A DNA stretch of 45,163 nt from a virus. Its lineage: Duplodnaviria; Caudoviricetes. Position numbers and translations under genes: made by a program. Under the pieces are notes generated by a model. It made no database searches. It worked only from the letters and a program-made list of their open reading frames with translations, and was not told where the DNA came from. Positions within the stretch are counted from its first letter, which is position 1. The number at the start of each line of letters is the position of its first letter. Location: IMG/VR virus record IMGVR_UViG_3300043416_000185, positions 1 to 45,163 of that record; one strand, written 5' to 3'. Below, in pieces: positions 23,659 through 35,100 of this stretch.

Positions 23659-25256
23659 TGAGCATCAATGTCAATGTTGGGAATGTGATTCCCACCAATG
23701 TCGTTGAGGTTGGCAATGAGATAAGTGCTGACCAGTTGGCGGCAATCACATCGGCTTCTAGTCCATCTGCTGTCAATCCTTTTGCGACAGCCAGCCATAT
23801 CCATACAATTGCTAACATCTCTGGGTTGCAGACAACCTTAGATAGCAAGGCTCCGCTTTCACACACGCACTCAATCTCAAGCATTACAAATCTTGAGAAC
23901 ATACTCGACTCTAAGGCTAGTGTTTCTCATACGCATGGAATCGGTGAGGTTACAGGTCTTATTACGGCACTTGACGGAAAAGCGGCTGTTTCACATACCC
24001 ATTCTATTGCTAATATTACTGGCCTTCAGACTGCATTAGACGGAAAGGCTAGCACTACACACACGCATTCTGAGTATGCACCTATCTCGCACACGCATAC
24101 GATTGCTAATGTTACTGGGCTCCAGACGGCTTTGGATGGCAAGGCCAATGCTACGCATACTCACGCCATATCAGATGTCACAAGTTTACAAACAGAACTT
24201 GACGGCAAGATGGTTGGAAGCAACAATCTTAGCGAAATTGTAGATGATTCAATTGCTAGGGATAACCTTGGGATGGGTCCAGACGCTATCCTTGAGTTTG
24301 AGGCTCTTACATTAGGTGGCGTTTCTTGCATAGATGGAATTGGAAATGAACTTAATATCACTCCAGATGGTATAGTGTTTCCAGATGGCACAGTTCAATC
24401 AACTGCGGCTACAAGTCAGACTTTTAGAATTGAAGATTACGACAATGGTAAAACATATAATGCTGGTGACCAAGTTGTTTTCTCCAACAAGATTTACAAG
24501 TTCAACGCATTCATAGGTGCGGCTGGATACGCTCCAGATACGCATCCAGAAGCGTGGACTGGGATTTCTGCTGGTGAGACAGAATATGACATCAGACCTC
24601 ATAGGCATTACATAAATCCCTTATTGCCTTCAATGACTTCTATAAGCGGAACTGGCTCTCAGGGTCTAGGTAATGGCAATGGATATCAACTTGTTGCCGC
24701 AAATACATCTGCTGGAGGATTTTGTCATTATTTCTCACTTCATCTTTTGCAAAAAAATCAACAATACCTTGGTTCTATTGACTTTTCCAAGCAAATAATC
24801 TTTTCTACATCTCTTAAATTTCAGCAAACATCAAATCCAACTGATGCTAACACTTTTGCAAAAATCTTTCTTGGGCTTGAAGAAATGCCACTACCCTTGG
24901 CGGCTCTTCCAGAAAGCGTAGTGTCTAGCAACGGGTTTGGATTTCTAAGAAGAGGTGGTCAGTCTCTTAAGTTTCTTACTAAGAGAGGGTCAAATGCCCT
25001 TTTGATTGAAGATACTGGAGTAAATCCTGTTGCTGGCGTGAATTATTGCGTAATGGTTAAGTCTGACGGGCAGGGAACGGCACAGGTCTTTATTGACGAT
25101 GTGCTTGTCTTGACTAGCAATAATGCACCATTTACAAACAGTGGAACCTCTGGGACTTCTTATGTTCTTGGAATGCAAGCAACGAACACAACTACAATTA
25201 CTGGACCAAAGGCTAACATGACTTACTCCAACCTAATTATTGAGACTATTTACTGA
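23658..25256 (+). CDS. Tail fibre with His-x-His repeats
   Basis: Repeats of SHTHTIANVTGLQTALDGKA, a CBM5/12-like YDNGKTYNAGDQVVF module and a beta-rich C-terminal head. Confidence 0.85.
   Translation: MSINVNVGNVIPTNVVEVGNEISADQLAAITSASSPSAVNPFATASHIHTIANISGLQTTLDSKAPLSHTHSISSITNLENILDSKASVSHTHGIGEVTGLITALDGKAAVSHTHSIANITGLQTALDGKASTTHTHSEYAPISHTHTIANVTGLQTALDGKANATHTHAISDVTSLQTELDGKMVGSNNLSEIVDDSIARDNLGMGPDAILEFEALTLGGVSCIDGIGNELNITPDGIVFPDGTVQSTAATSQTFRIEDYDNGKTYNAGDQVVFSNKIYKFNAFIGAAGYAPDTHPEAWTGISAGETEYDIRPHRHYINPLLPSMTSISGTGSQGLGNGNGYQLVAANTSAGGFCHYFSLHLLQKNQQYLGSIDFSKQIIFSTSLKFQQTSNPTDANTFAKIFLGLEEMPLPLAALPESVVSSNGFGFLRRGGQSLKFLTKRGSNALLIEDTGVNPVAGVNYCVMVKSDGQGTAQVFIDDVLVLTSNNAPFTNSGTSGTSYVLGMQATNTTTITGPKANMTYSNLIIETIY
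23793..24210 (+). repeat. Tail-fibre shaft coding repeats
   Basis: Six near-complete HxH-I..VTGL.TALD.K units plus one short HTH unit. Confidence 0.8.
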
Positions 25257-25480
25257 TGACTAAATACAGGGTTATTCCATTTTCAGATGGAGGATTTTCA
25301 AACTTTCCTCCAAAGTGGGTCGAGTTTGTGTTTCCGTTGTATAATGGAGAATTGATAGAATACAATGAAGGTGAACTAATTTTCACATTCGAAGAAGACA
25401 CACAAGTAAGCCTAGTCGCTGGTTTTATTGTTCAAAAATTTGACGAACAAACAAAAACTTGGCAAAATATTTCACAATGA
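25256..25480 (+). CDS. Hypothetical protein (possible fibre chaperone)
   Basis: 74 aa, TGATG-coupled to the fibre gene. Confidence 0.6.
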   Translation: MTKYRVIPFSDGGFSNFPPKWVEFVFPLYNGELIEYNEGELIFTFEEDTQVSLVAGFIVQKFDEQTKTWQNISQ

Positions 25481-25584
25481 TTACTATATCTCTTATCGCA
25501 CTGTCCTTCCTTGGCGGTGTCTATGTCGGTGCTAGATACTCTGAAAAACTCAGAGAAATCTTCTACGCCATTATCTCTAGATAA
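25477..25584 (+). CDS. Small membrane peptide (35 aa, not in the ORF track)
   Basis: MITISLIALSFLGGVYVGARYSEKLREIFYAIISR*; ATGA overlap upstream and TAATG overlap downstream. Confidence 0.65.
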   Translation: MITISLIALSFLGGVYVGARYSEKLREIFYAIISR

Positions 25585-27947
25585 TGCCTAACATCACCAG
25601 AGCAGTTGACGGAGATAATGGGTTTCTTGGTATAGACACAAGAAGCAATCCGTCTACGCTTAAACAAGGTGTGTTACAGGACGGAAATAACATCAGAATA
25701 GAACTTGCGTCCCTTCAGACAAGGAAGGGAATCAAGCGACTTCTGGAGCCTAGTTTTTGCAACAACATAGGCAAGATATATGGGACTGGCATTTATACCA
25801 AGCCAGACGGAACTGAATATATTGTTATAGTCTGCGAGACGGAACTATACCTTTACAATACCACAACAGGTGGCATTTCTAGTTCATACCTGTTTCCATA
25901 CAACACAATCAACTCGACAAGATACTATAGAAAGGTAACTGAAGAGCAGACACAGGTTATACAAGCCACAAATAAGGTATATATCTTAAGAGGTGAGGCT
26001 ACCAAATATCTTGAAGGTGATGGCTCTATTGGTCAGCGTGTAACTGCCAGCAATGGTTCAGATATCGTTACTGTTACCTGCAACCTTCCGCATGGCCTTT
26101 CAGTCGGTGGTGAGTTCATAATTGAAACACCACACGCACAACTTAACGGACCGACTGTGAATTCAAACTTCATGGTTAATTCCGTTATTAGCCCAACATC
26201 TTTTACTTACAAGATTCCTACGCCATATAACCAGAATCAACATGGTCCATATGTCATACAAATAGGAAAACCTGTGCTTGTTTTTAACGGCACAGAAGTT
26301 ACAATAGTCAACCAAGGCATCATAGATGGAACTGTGTTCGGTGGAACAAGCCCTACCGCTTGCGATTTTCCTCCAACAAGTAGGGCTATATATCACAAGA
26401 ATAGGTTGTATTGTAAGTATAGCAAAGACGAAATATGTGTGTCAGACTACCTTCCGAATGCCAATGGTGACTGGAAGTTTGACTTAACAATACAGGCTTT
26501 GACAATCAATCAAGGTGACGAACAGGACATAGTTGGATTTTATCCTTGGACTAGAGACGAAATTCTTGTATTTAAAACTAATAGCATATATGCGGCTAAG
26601 TTTGCAGACAATACATCAAGTCCAGCCATAATCCTTTCTGAATCATATGTAAGAACGCTTACATTTGACCTAGGTTGCGTTTCTTCAAGGAGCGTTGCCA
26701 ATGTCGGTGGCGTTGTCTTCTTCCTTTCTTCGAGGGGTATATACGCATTAGAGCCTCAATTAGACACTAACTTGCTGTCTAACACGCTTCCTCTTTCAAT
26801 AAACATCCAGAAGTATATCAACAGGATTAACCAGAAGTATGTCCATAAATCAATCGGAATTGTTTATGATGGAAGATATTATCTTGGCGTTCCTATTGAT
26901 GGTAGTGAATACATAAACCATGTTTTTATCTACAATATCAACAACAAGATGTGGGAATCTGTTGATACTTATCCAGTAAATTTCTCCACCTTTTCTGAGT
27001 CTGAGTTCAATTCTCCATACATTGTGTGGGATGATGATACCAGTAAGACATCAATATATCTTACAAATGACTGGGATTCCAATGACTCTGGAGCCCTTCC
27101 AGCAGAAGGCATAATACAAACAGGAGACTATGTGGCTATTTCCGAAATAAAAAGCGGATATTTCCCATATAATACTGGAATAAAGATAAAGCACCAAGTT
27201 CAATTAGGTAAGACTTTATCGAACTATCATGCGATAGACTTCCCAATACACCCAGAAAACGGAGTGTTTAAGATTTCTAGCATGATTCCAAGTGGGGCTC
27301 TTGCTCCAGACTACGAGGTCATTATTGACGGAAGGGAAAGAACAGAACTAGATGAAACTCCAAGTAGCGATACAGGCATACTAGATATTGGCGTTCTCAA
27401 ATGGTCTACAGTTAGGTCTATGAACCTTCAAAACTTTATTGTTACCATTAGTGGCAATGAAAGACGGCTCTTTACTGTTGATGCTAGAAATGGCCTGTTT
27501 TTAATGGAAGAACTTAACGATGATGAGTTTGGAGAAACCGCATCAAGTATTTCGTTTGCCAACTTTACTTCTGAAGGAATTCCGTTTAGTTCATTCCAAC
27601 TTACACCAACATCCTATGAATCAAGACCAATCGCAGGATACGCTAAAACAAGGCGATACGAGTTTAATACTCTTGAAGATAAACGATTCGCTTCTCTTAA
27701 CACAGACCTGCAATTTGAACAAGGTGGTGGAATCCAAACCTTGGTTAATACATACAATCCAGACACGACAAAGTTGGTTGACCAGACAAGTGCTTCTAGT
27801 GAAGAAGATTATACAAGGTCTTTCCCGATTAGGAAAGTAGCCGTTGGTGCTGATGTCGAGTTTAGGTCACTACATGGAAGACCAATAATCAAATCGTTGA
27901 CAATAGACGGAACATTGGTCGGAAGAGACACAAAGAATAAAGAATAA
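25584..27947 (+). CDS. Tail nozzle / tail tubular protein B-like
   Basis: 787-aa beta-propeller-like protein (GFLG.D..., ILVFKTNSIY, GCVSSRSV, VFFLSSRGIY, YDGRYYL) in the podovirus tail position. Confidence 0.75.
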   Translation: MPNITRAVDGDNGFLGIDTRSNPSTLKQGVLQDGNNIRIELASLQTRKGIKRLLEPSFCNNIGKIYGTGIYTKPDGTEYIVIVCETELYLYNTTTGGISSSYLFPYNTINSTRYYRKVTEEQTQVIQATNKVYILRGEATKYLEGDGSIGQRVTASNGSDIVTVTCNLPHGLSVGGEFIIETPHAQLNGPTVNSNFMVNSVISPTSFTYKIPTPYNQNQHGPYVIQIGKPVLVFNGTEVTIVNQGIIDGTVFGGTSPTACDFPPTSRAIYHKNRLYCKYSKDEICVSDYLPNANGDWKFDLTIQALTINQGDEQDIVGFYPWTRDEILVFKTNSIYAAKFADNTSSPAIILSESYVRTLTFDLGCVSSRSVANVGGVVFFLSSRGIYALEPQLDTNLLSNTLPLSINIQKYINRINQKYVHKSIGIVYDGRYYLGVPIDGSEYINHVFIYNINNKMWESVDTYPVNFSTFSESEFNSPYIVWDDDTSKTSIYLTNDWDSNDSGALPAEGIIQTGDYVAISEIKSGYFPYNTGIKIKHQVQLGKTLSNYHAIDFPIHPENGVFKISSMIPSGALAPDYEVIIDGRERTELDETPSSDTGILDIGVLKWSTVRSMNLQNFIVTISGNERRLFTVDARNGLFLMEELNDDEFGETASSISFANFTSEGIPFSSFQLTPTSYESRPIAGYAKTRRYEFNTLEDKRFASLNTDLQFEQGGGIQTLVNTYNPDTTKLVDQTSASSEEDYTRSFPIRKVAVGADVEFRSLHGRPIIKSLTIDGTLVGRDTKNKE

Positions 27948-27949
27948 TT

Positions 27950-28651
27950 ATGCCACAATTACAAAAAGGAACGACTTATACAGGGACAGGGGTATCATCC
28001 TTTGTCACTCATACGAACCTTAACGCTCATGTAGACAACGCCAAATTGCTTGGTGGTGCGATTGACGAACAGGTTTCAAACTCGGTAAGCACAGACCAAG
28101 ACTTATTGCTCGTCAATAAGGGTGGTGACTTATTTAAACAAACAAAGGGACAGTTTAACAGGGTAATAAATTCAGAAAACATCACTTCTGAAAATATCAA
28201 TGTTACTAACCTTTCCGCACAAAACTGCACAGGATTTGTTCCTGTCGGTAGCATTATAATGTGGTCTGGAACTGAAGAAGCCGCCGCACTTATTCCAAAT
28301 AACTGGAGATTATGCGATGGAACTAATGGAACTCCAGACCTTAGAAATAGATTTATAGTCGGTGCTGGTGACCAATATGACATTGGTGATACTGGTGGAA
28401 CTGAAAGCGTTACGCTTACTAATGACCATATTCCAGAACACTCGCATGAGTTTAGAGTCAGACAAGCCGACTATGTTGAAATATTTGGTTCGTCCACAAT
28501 AACAGTTTGGGATACTGCTCCTAACTGGAACGAAACATCTTATACTCAAAAGAGACTTACATCTCCAGTAGGCAAGACAGGTGAAGACCAACTTCCTGTC
28601 AATACAACGCCACCTTACTATGCCGTTGCCTACATAATGAGAATGTCCTAA
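27950..28651 (+). CDS. Tail collar domain protein (short fibre)
   Basis: VPVGSIIMWSG...W.LCDGTNGTPDLRNRFIVGAG...GDTGG...HSH...PPYYAVAYIMR collar signature. Confidence 0.88.
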   Translation: MPQLQKGTTYTGTGVSSFVTHTNLNAHVDNAKLLGGAIDEQVSNSVSTDQDLLLVNKGGDLFKQTKGQFNRVINSENITSENINVTNLSAQNCTGFVPVGSIIMWSGTEEAAALIPNNWRLCDGTNGTPDLRNRFIVGAGDQYDIGDTGGTESVTLTNDHIPEHSHEFRVRQADYVEIFGSSTITVWDTAPNWNETSYTQKRLTSPVGKTGEDQLPVNTTPPYYAVAYIMRMS

Positions 28652-28655
28652 TTTT

Positions 28656-29747
28656 ATGGCTGAATATGATACAATTGGCGGTGGTGCTACAGGTGCGGCA
28701 ACTGGAGGGTTGGCTGGTGCTGTAGGCGGTTATGCCGTAGGTGCTAAAGTGGGTGCTATTGGTGGACCTCTTGGCATGGCTGTTGGTGCTGTTCTTGGTG
28801 GTCTTTTTGGCTCCAAGAAGAAAAAGGTTCAAAAACCACCTTCATACAGCCAAATGATGAATTACAATCTGGACGCACAGGCTGGCATCCAGAACAAGTT
28901 GTTAGGTCTTGAAGGCGAATATAGGCCAAAATATCAAGGTCTTCAAGAGCAGACCCTGCAAAACCAACTTTATGGCGGTAGTGGCAATAAGGGCTACATA
29001 AACATGCTCAACCAAGCAAATGATGCGATGCTTGGTGTCCAGAATAGATATGCTGGGAACTACATGAATACGATTGGCGGTCTTACAGGACAGGCTAGAA
29101 ACATCCTTGAGTCACCAGCCAACCAAGCCATGCATTCTAGGCTCATGGCTGACGCTCAGAGGGATTTAAGCCTCGGGTCGGCACTTGGTGCGGACGAGCA
29201 GAGAATGGCCTTCCAGACGGCAAATCAAGCGATGGCACAGCGTGGTCTGACAGGCAGACAGGGAACTGCGGCTGGTGTCCTTGCCAATTACGGCTTAGGA
29301 CAGCAGAGACTTAACGAAAGACGAGCCTTTGCTTCTGGCATGATGGGCTCTGAAACAGCCCTGCAAAATGCGGCTCTTCAAGTGTCGCAGGGTGCTATGG
29401 GTGGTTACGCAGGTGGTGCTGGATTCCTAGGACAAGCGAACACGCTTCTTGGTCAATATCAGCCACAGATATTCCAGCCAGAGTCCCAGATGGGTGTCAA
29501 TGCTCAAGGTATGAATTATCAGCATAATGCGGCTATTGCCCAGTCCAAACTTCAACAGCAACAGGGTCTGCTTTCTTCTGTTGCAACTTTAGGCATGATG
29601 TCTATACAGAATCCTAACATGTTTAATTTTGGAAGCACATCTAATGTCGTAGCACCTACCCTTACGACTCCATCTTCTTACCTTAATCAATTCGGTGGAA
29701 TAGGTTATACCAATGGTGCTGGGCTTGGAGTTCTAGCCCCTAGATAA
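28656..29747 (+). CDS. Internal virion / DNA ejection protein
   Basis: Gly-zipper N-terminus, G/A/Q-rich helical body, position after tail genes. Confidence 0.65.
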   Translation: MAEYDTIGGGATGAATGGLAGAVGGYAVGAKVGAIGGPLGMAVGAVLGGLFGSKKKKVQKPPSYSQMMNYNLDAQAGIQNKLLGLEGEYRPKYQGLQEQTLQNQLYGGSGNKGYINMLNQANDAMLGVQNRYAGNYMNTIGGLTGQARNILESPANQAMHSRLMADAQRDLSLGSALGADEQRMAFQTANQAMAQRGLTGRQGTAAGVLANYGLGQQRLNERRAFASGMMGSETALQNAALQVSQGAMGGYAGGAGFLGQANTLLGQYQPQIFQPESQMGVNAQGMNYQHNAAIAQSKLQQQQGLLSSVATLGMMSIQNPNMFNFGSTSNVVAPTLTTPSSYLNQFGGIGYTNGAGLGVLAPR

Positions 29748-29750
29748 TTT

Positions 29751-32180
29751 ATGCCAATATTTGCCCCATATCAAGGTGGTGACCCATTCCAAGTGGGTCC
29801 AAACATGCAGAACACCTTAGCCCAGCAGAAGGGCGTTCAAGATGCAATGTTATCAATGGTCGAAAAGTTCGACCAAGCGGGACAAGAGATGGATGTGCTT
29901 AGAAGCACAACAAGGTCCATAATGTCTCAGTATGGCGTGGATGAGTCTGGCAAGCCTTCTCCTGCGGCTCCCAAGTATGTTCATGACCTGTATAAGTCGG
30001 TTGAAAAAGAAGGTGGCATAGGCGGTCTTTCAAAGTCCAGCCTTGTTGCCGCTTTAAAGGGATACGAGACTGGCATTCAAGTTGAAGGCCAGAAACAGCA
30101 GATACTGTCAGCCCAGCAAGCCAATGCTATGAAGGCTCTTGAGTTGCAGGATGCAGAACGAAAGGCAGAAGAAAACAAGCGTATACTCCTTGCTCATAAA
30201 CTTGCTTGGGAGACTGGTCAGACACCTTCTTCTCCTTCAGTAACTCCTGCCATGATAGCGGAGGCTGATGCTGGAGACAAGAGATATCGTGAACTTACAG
30301 GACAAGAGCCAGAATTACCTACGGCTCCTGCCAATGCTACAACAGCCAAGCCAGCACTTGCAAAACAACAAACTAAGACTGTTGAACCCAAAACAACTGC
30401 AGAAAGAGATGCTCTGGAGTTGAAACTTGAGGCTGAAGGAGCCGCAGGTTTAAAACAGAAACTAGAAGAAGAACTTGCTGGTTTAGAATCACAATTAAGA
30501 CAAATAAGAAGCGACAAGGCTGTGCCAGTTGCATCTGTTTCTGGTGGCATGAGTGGATTCTATCCTTCTGCTAGCAAAAATGGAGATGGATGGCTTTTTA
30601 ATCAAAGAAAATCACCACCAGCAACAAAGACATTAGATGAGATAAACGCAGATAAAATCAAAGAGCCAGAAATTGTTAAGCAAATAGAGGCTAAAAAAGC
30701 CAGTATTGCAGAAATTGATGACAAGGTTAATAGATATAAAGAAGCACAAAAGAACGCTCCTGTTCCATCAACAGTAGACTCTGGAAAGCCTGTTGGTGCT
30801 ACGCCTATCACTCTTCAAAGCGAAACTAGCCCTTCAAATGAAAACTATAAGATTGCTTCAAAGTTCTTAAGCGATAAGAATAATTCTCCAGAAGTAACAA
30901 AACCAAAGATTAAGAAACTTGAAGAAGAAATTGACATTCTTGAGAGGCTTTCTTTAGGTGATAAAGATTCTCCAACGCTTGCTTCACATATACATTCTTA
31001 TGTAACAGATTCAGATAGAGTAAGAGGATATAAATATCTTAAAAATGAACAAGGAAATGAATATAGAACTTATGGAGATTATCACAGAGAGCAATTATTA
31101 CTAAAGAATAGCCAGTTAACGGAATTAAAGTCAACAGAGGCCAAATATGCCTCTATGAAGAGTGCAATAGACAATAATATATTCACTCCATACACAGCAC
31201 CTATTGGTCCTGCTATTCCACCAGAGCCTACAACGCCAACTCCTGTTCCTTCATCTGTTGCTCCAAAGTCAACATCCAAGCCTATACAGAAGGGCAAGCC
31301 TAGTATAAAGCCAGCCCAGACGCAAAAACAGCAACAGCCTGTAAATTCTGACCCAACACTTAAGAGTGATGATGAAAAGATTACTGAAGAGTATGGTATG
31401 CTTACAAGCAGATTACAAGGTCTTGGTGGCGTTCCTATGAACTGGTCTGAGGATACATATAGACAGATGCGTGGATATGCCCCTAAGATTCAAATGATTG
31501 GCAAGGGTGGCGTTATGGCTGTCGGTATAGGTGATAAATGGCAGGTCATCAAGGCTGGCGATACTGGCATGTCTCCGTCAGAAATGGCCTCCTATGAGAA
31601 GCATCAAATTCTTAGGTCATCTATCAGAACGGATGGAATGTCTAACAAAAAGTGGACATTCCGTGGTGATATTAGAACCACAGAAACCAATGAGGCTGGC
31701 AAGGTTAGGACAACTGTTACTGACACCACAAGAGCCATTGACGCTCTTGACAGGCTTATTGAAATGGGTGATACTGGTTTGTGGGATTCTATTACTCCAA
31801 CTGAAAAATCTGGTGTTATTACCGCTATAACAAACTCTGTTCAAGCGGCTGGTAGAACTGAAATTGCTGGTTCTGGTGCGTTTTCTGAACAAGATGCTAT
31901 AAATCTATCCAAAATTGTTCCTAATATTTCAGATATGAGTAATTCTGTTTTCAGAACATCAGCACTTGCTAGATTAAAGGAATATAGATTCAGAATGGCT
32001 CAAAAAGTTTTAGATGTTGGCAGGGTCTGGGGCTTTGAGGTTGCTGAAAATAACGACACAGGCTTGACACAGGAGCAAATTACTGCAATAAGAGCAGAGT
32101 ATCTTGAGTTAAAGAAGCAAGGTATGCCAGACGCAGAGGCTCAAAGAATTGCCATAGAAAATAACACAACTAAAAAATAA
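29751..32180 (+). CDS. Internal virion / ejection protein
   Basis: 809 aa with coiled coils and Pro-rich linkers, between the pilot-like and giant genes. Confidence 0.6.
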   Translation: MPIFAPYQGGDPFQVGPNMQNTLAQQKGVQDAMLSMVEKFDQAGQEMDVLRSTTRSIMSQYGVDESGKPSPAAPKYVHDLYKSVEKEGGIGGLSKSSLVAALKGYETGIQVEGQKQQILSAQQANAMKALELQDAERKAEENKRILLAHKLAWETGQTPSSPSVTPAMIAEADAGDKRYRELTGQEPELPTAPANATTAKPALAKQQTKTVEPKTTAERDALELKLEAEGAAGLKQKLEEELAGLESQLRQIRSDKAVPVASVSGGMSGFYPSASKNGDGWLFNQRKSPPATKTLDEINADKIKEPEIVKQIEAKKASIAEIDDKVNRYKEAQKNAPVPSTVDSGKPVGATPITLQSETSPSNENYKIASKFLSDKNNSPEVTKPKIKKLEEEIDILERLSLGDKDSPTLASHIHSYVTDSDRVRGYKYLKNEQGNEYRTYGDYHREQLLLKNSQLTELKSTEAKYASMKSAIDNNIFTPYTAPIGPAIPPEPTTPTPVPSSVAPKSTSKPIQKGKPSIKPAQTQKQQQPVNSDPTLKSDDEKITEEYGMLTSRLQGLGGVPMNWSEDTYRQMRGYAPKIQMIGKGGVMAVGIGDKWQVIKAGDTGMSPSEMASYEKHQILRSSIRTDGMSNKKWTFRGDIRTTETNEAGKVRTTVTDTTRAIDALDRLIEMGDTGLWDSITPTEKSGVITAITNSVQAAGRTEIAGSGAFSEQDAINLSKIVPNISDMSNSVFRTSALARLKEYRFRMAQKVLDVGRVWGFEVAENNDTGLTQEQITAIRAEYLELKKQGMPDAEAQRIAIENNTTKK

Positions 32181-35100
32181 TGGATAATAATTCCCCTTAC
32201 CTTTGGAATCCTCCAGAAGGTGCTGACACTCAATCTATCACTAAGGTTCAGAATGATAGGTTGTCTGAAATCCTTAACGCACCGCTAACAGGTGAGGATA
32301 TCGCTTACAAGGTAAGCAAGGCAGGACTTGAAGGAAGAAACCCAAACCTTACCTTTGATGAGTTTGAGTTGTATGATGAATGGCACAAGAAGCAGGAGAT
32401 AAACTGGTGGGAAGTTGTGTCTGGTGGCTTTGGAATGTTCTTCAAGGACATCGGTTCTGGCGTGGCTTCATTACAGCCATTTGGTGAAGGTCACAGCATG
32501 AAGAGTGCGGCTATGAATTGGATTCCAACAAACCTTGCGGCTACTGGTGTTGAGGCTTTTGGTCGTGGAACTAGAGACATGGTTGGTCTTTACAAGATGG
32601 CTTCTGAGAATCAGAACTCACCTTTCTACAGACTGTTTAATCCAAACGGAGACAAGTATCAGCGTTTTATAGACTTTAACCATCTCGCTGACTGGAACGC
32701 TACATCTCAAAGAATTTTAGAGGGTAAAGAGAATGTCGTTCTTCCAGACACTCAGACGATGTTGAACAAGGATATCTCTGGATTTAGTGCTTCAGATTTA
32801 TTTAAGGTTAATAACGCACTTGCACATGCTGGTTCATACTTCCTAGACCCAGTTGCGTTGATGACGATGGGTGGCAGTAGTGTTGCCAAGACTGGTCTTA
32901 CTGTGGCTACAAAGGCTGGTGCTGTTAATGCGGCTGAAGTTGTAGCAAAGAACGCACTTAAGGAAGGTGTTACTGGTGCTGTATCTGCGGCTAAAACAAC
33001 CGCTGGAATTTTTGACAAGGGTAGAATTGTTGGCTCTGGTCTTACTGAGAAACTTGGTAAGGCTTTCAGAGTCAGCGGTGAGGTTGTCGATGCACCAATC
33101 ACAAAATCTCTTAACTGGATTAAGAGACAGGCAGACGAACTGCTTGACACTAACCTTCACCAAACCCAGAATGGAAACCTTAGAGTCACAGGCCCAACAA
33201 AGGGACAGGCTGGCTTTGGTGGTTCCATAATGGCTGGTTTCGGACTTGGTGCTATTGGCCTCCCATATGCGTCTGCTGTTGTTCCTGTCTGGGCTGTCGC
33301 TAATGCGGCTAAGATTGGCGGTGCTTTCTTTGAAGGTCTTGGCAGAGAGATGGCAAGTGGTAAGGGTGCTTTAAAGCGTCTTGGCGGTCAAGTTGGCTCT
33401 TCTGGTAAACTTGCCAGAACATTCGACTCATGGAGCCCTATGGGTGGATATGTGAAGGAAATGTCTAAGGCTGTCGCTAAGTCTGGTCTTTACGGAGCAG
33501 GAATTGGATATGCCGTTGGCGGTGAAGAAGGTGCGGCTCAAGGTCTAGGCATGGGAGCCGCAATTGGCACTACGCACTATCATTATGGCGTAGCCCATAA
33601 CATGATTAAAGGTCAGTCAAGGGAGAAGATGACTGCCGACTTAATTGGCAATGTCACTTCTTTGAGAGAAAGAGGCTTCACAAAGAAAGCCGACACAGTT
33701 CTAAAGTATCTTGAAGAGATAAGAGAACAGCATGGCGATGACGCATACTTTAGAAACCTTGGAGTATACCTTGGCATGGAGGCAGATGCTCATGTCGCTC
33801 TTGATGTCTGGGACAAGGAAGACTATATCAGAATCGCCAACGACCCATCAGTTCCTCAGTATGTGAGAGATGCTGTCAATGAGGTCATAGGCTCTGAAGG
33901 CCAAGGATGGAATGGATTATTCTTACAAAGAAACGGAGAATCAAAGCCTTACTTTATTCGCAAGGATTCACAAAGTGGTCAGACACATGTAATCATAAAC
34001 GCTTGGGCTGTTGATAACGCTGGAAAGAGACAAGCGACAGGTCTTAAAGGTGAATTCTTCCATGTTCTTTCTGACGCATACAAGCAAGCCAGCACAAAAG
34101 AGAAGTTCAAGGAAGAGGTATTTGAAGGTCTTGTCAGAACTCTTAACCTTAACCATACGGAAGAAGGCAGGGCTAACATGGCTCAGATACTCAGAAATGC
34201 GGCTAATAATCTGGGTGCATTCAAGGGTGCTGGCATGAAACAAAAGGCCAGCGTCAGAGCCAAAAATCTTCTTAGACTTCAAAGAAAGAACTCACCTAAC
34301 GGATGGAAGGTTGATTTTGTTGGTGGAAATGAAGTCATTACTGAAGGCAAGGTTCAGCGTCCTGCTTACTACTGGGAGTCTAATAATGGCTGGAGAATCC
34401 AAGAGTCATCTAGTGGATATGACCTTACTGGAAGGATTGAAGGAAAGCCTTTCAGAAAGTCATACAGAACACTTAGCGAGGCTGTCGCTGAACATAGGGA
34501 GATTGCTCCTGTCGATACGCAAGTTAAGTCTGCCCCAAGAAAACCAAAGGCTACTCAGTTTGAAGCACAGGCTGGTCCTAGGGCTGGAGAGAGAGAAGGC
34601 TTCCAAGAGACTGTCGCAGATGTCGAACTTGGAGCAAAGGTTGACTCAATTATTGATTCTTTAGTAAAGAAACTGTCTGGCAAAAGCGGGGCTGAATTCC
34701 GTGATGCAGACAAATCTACTTACGATACATTTGCAAAAGGATACAAACAGGCTCTTAGTGACGGATGGATATTTGACGAGGCTAGGGTTGATTCAAATAA
34801 CGATGGATGGTATCATCCAGATTATCCTAATGCCACTCTTCAAGACTGGCTTAACGCAGATGGCACAAGAAAAGGCCAAGAGCCAGCAACTCCTCCTAAT
34901 GTTTCTGGAGAGAGAACTGCCGTCACTCCAGAAGCCAAGCCAGAAGAGCCCAAGCAACAGAAGCCAAAGGCTCCAGAACTTGAACCAGAAGAAGTCGAAA
35001 ACATCTTCAGACAAATCGATGAGTTTGAGAAGACTGGCAAACTCCCAGATGGAGCGTTCTCAAGACTCATTGAAGAAATGGGCGAGGGTGTGTTTGACGC

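Noticed and set aside
23658-25256. Diversity-generating retroelement target in the tail fibre
   Set aside because: There is no reverse transcriptase, and no template/variable repeat pair was seen.
34030-34080. Zincin metallopeptidase motif in the giant protein (KGEFFHVL)
   Set aside because: The first His of HExxH is replaced by Gly, so an active peptidase cannot be supported.
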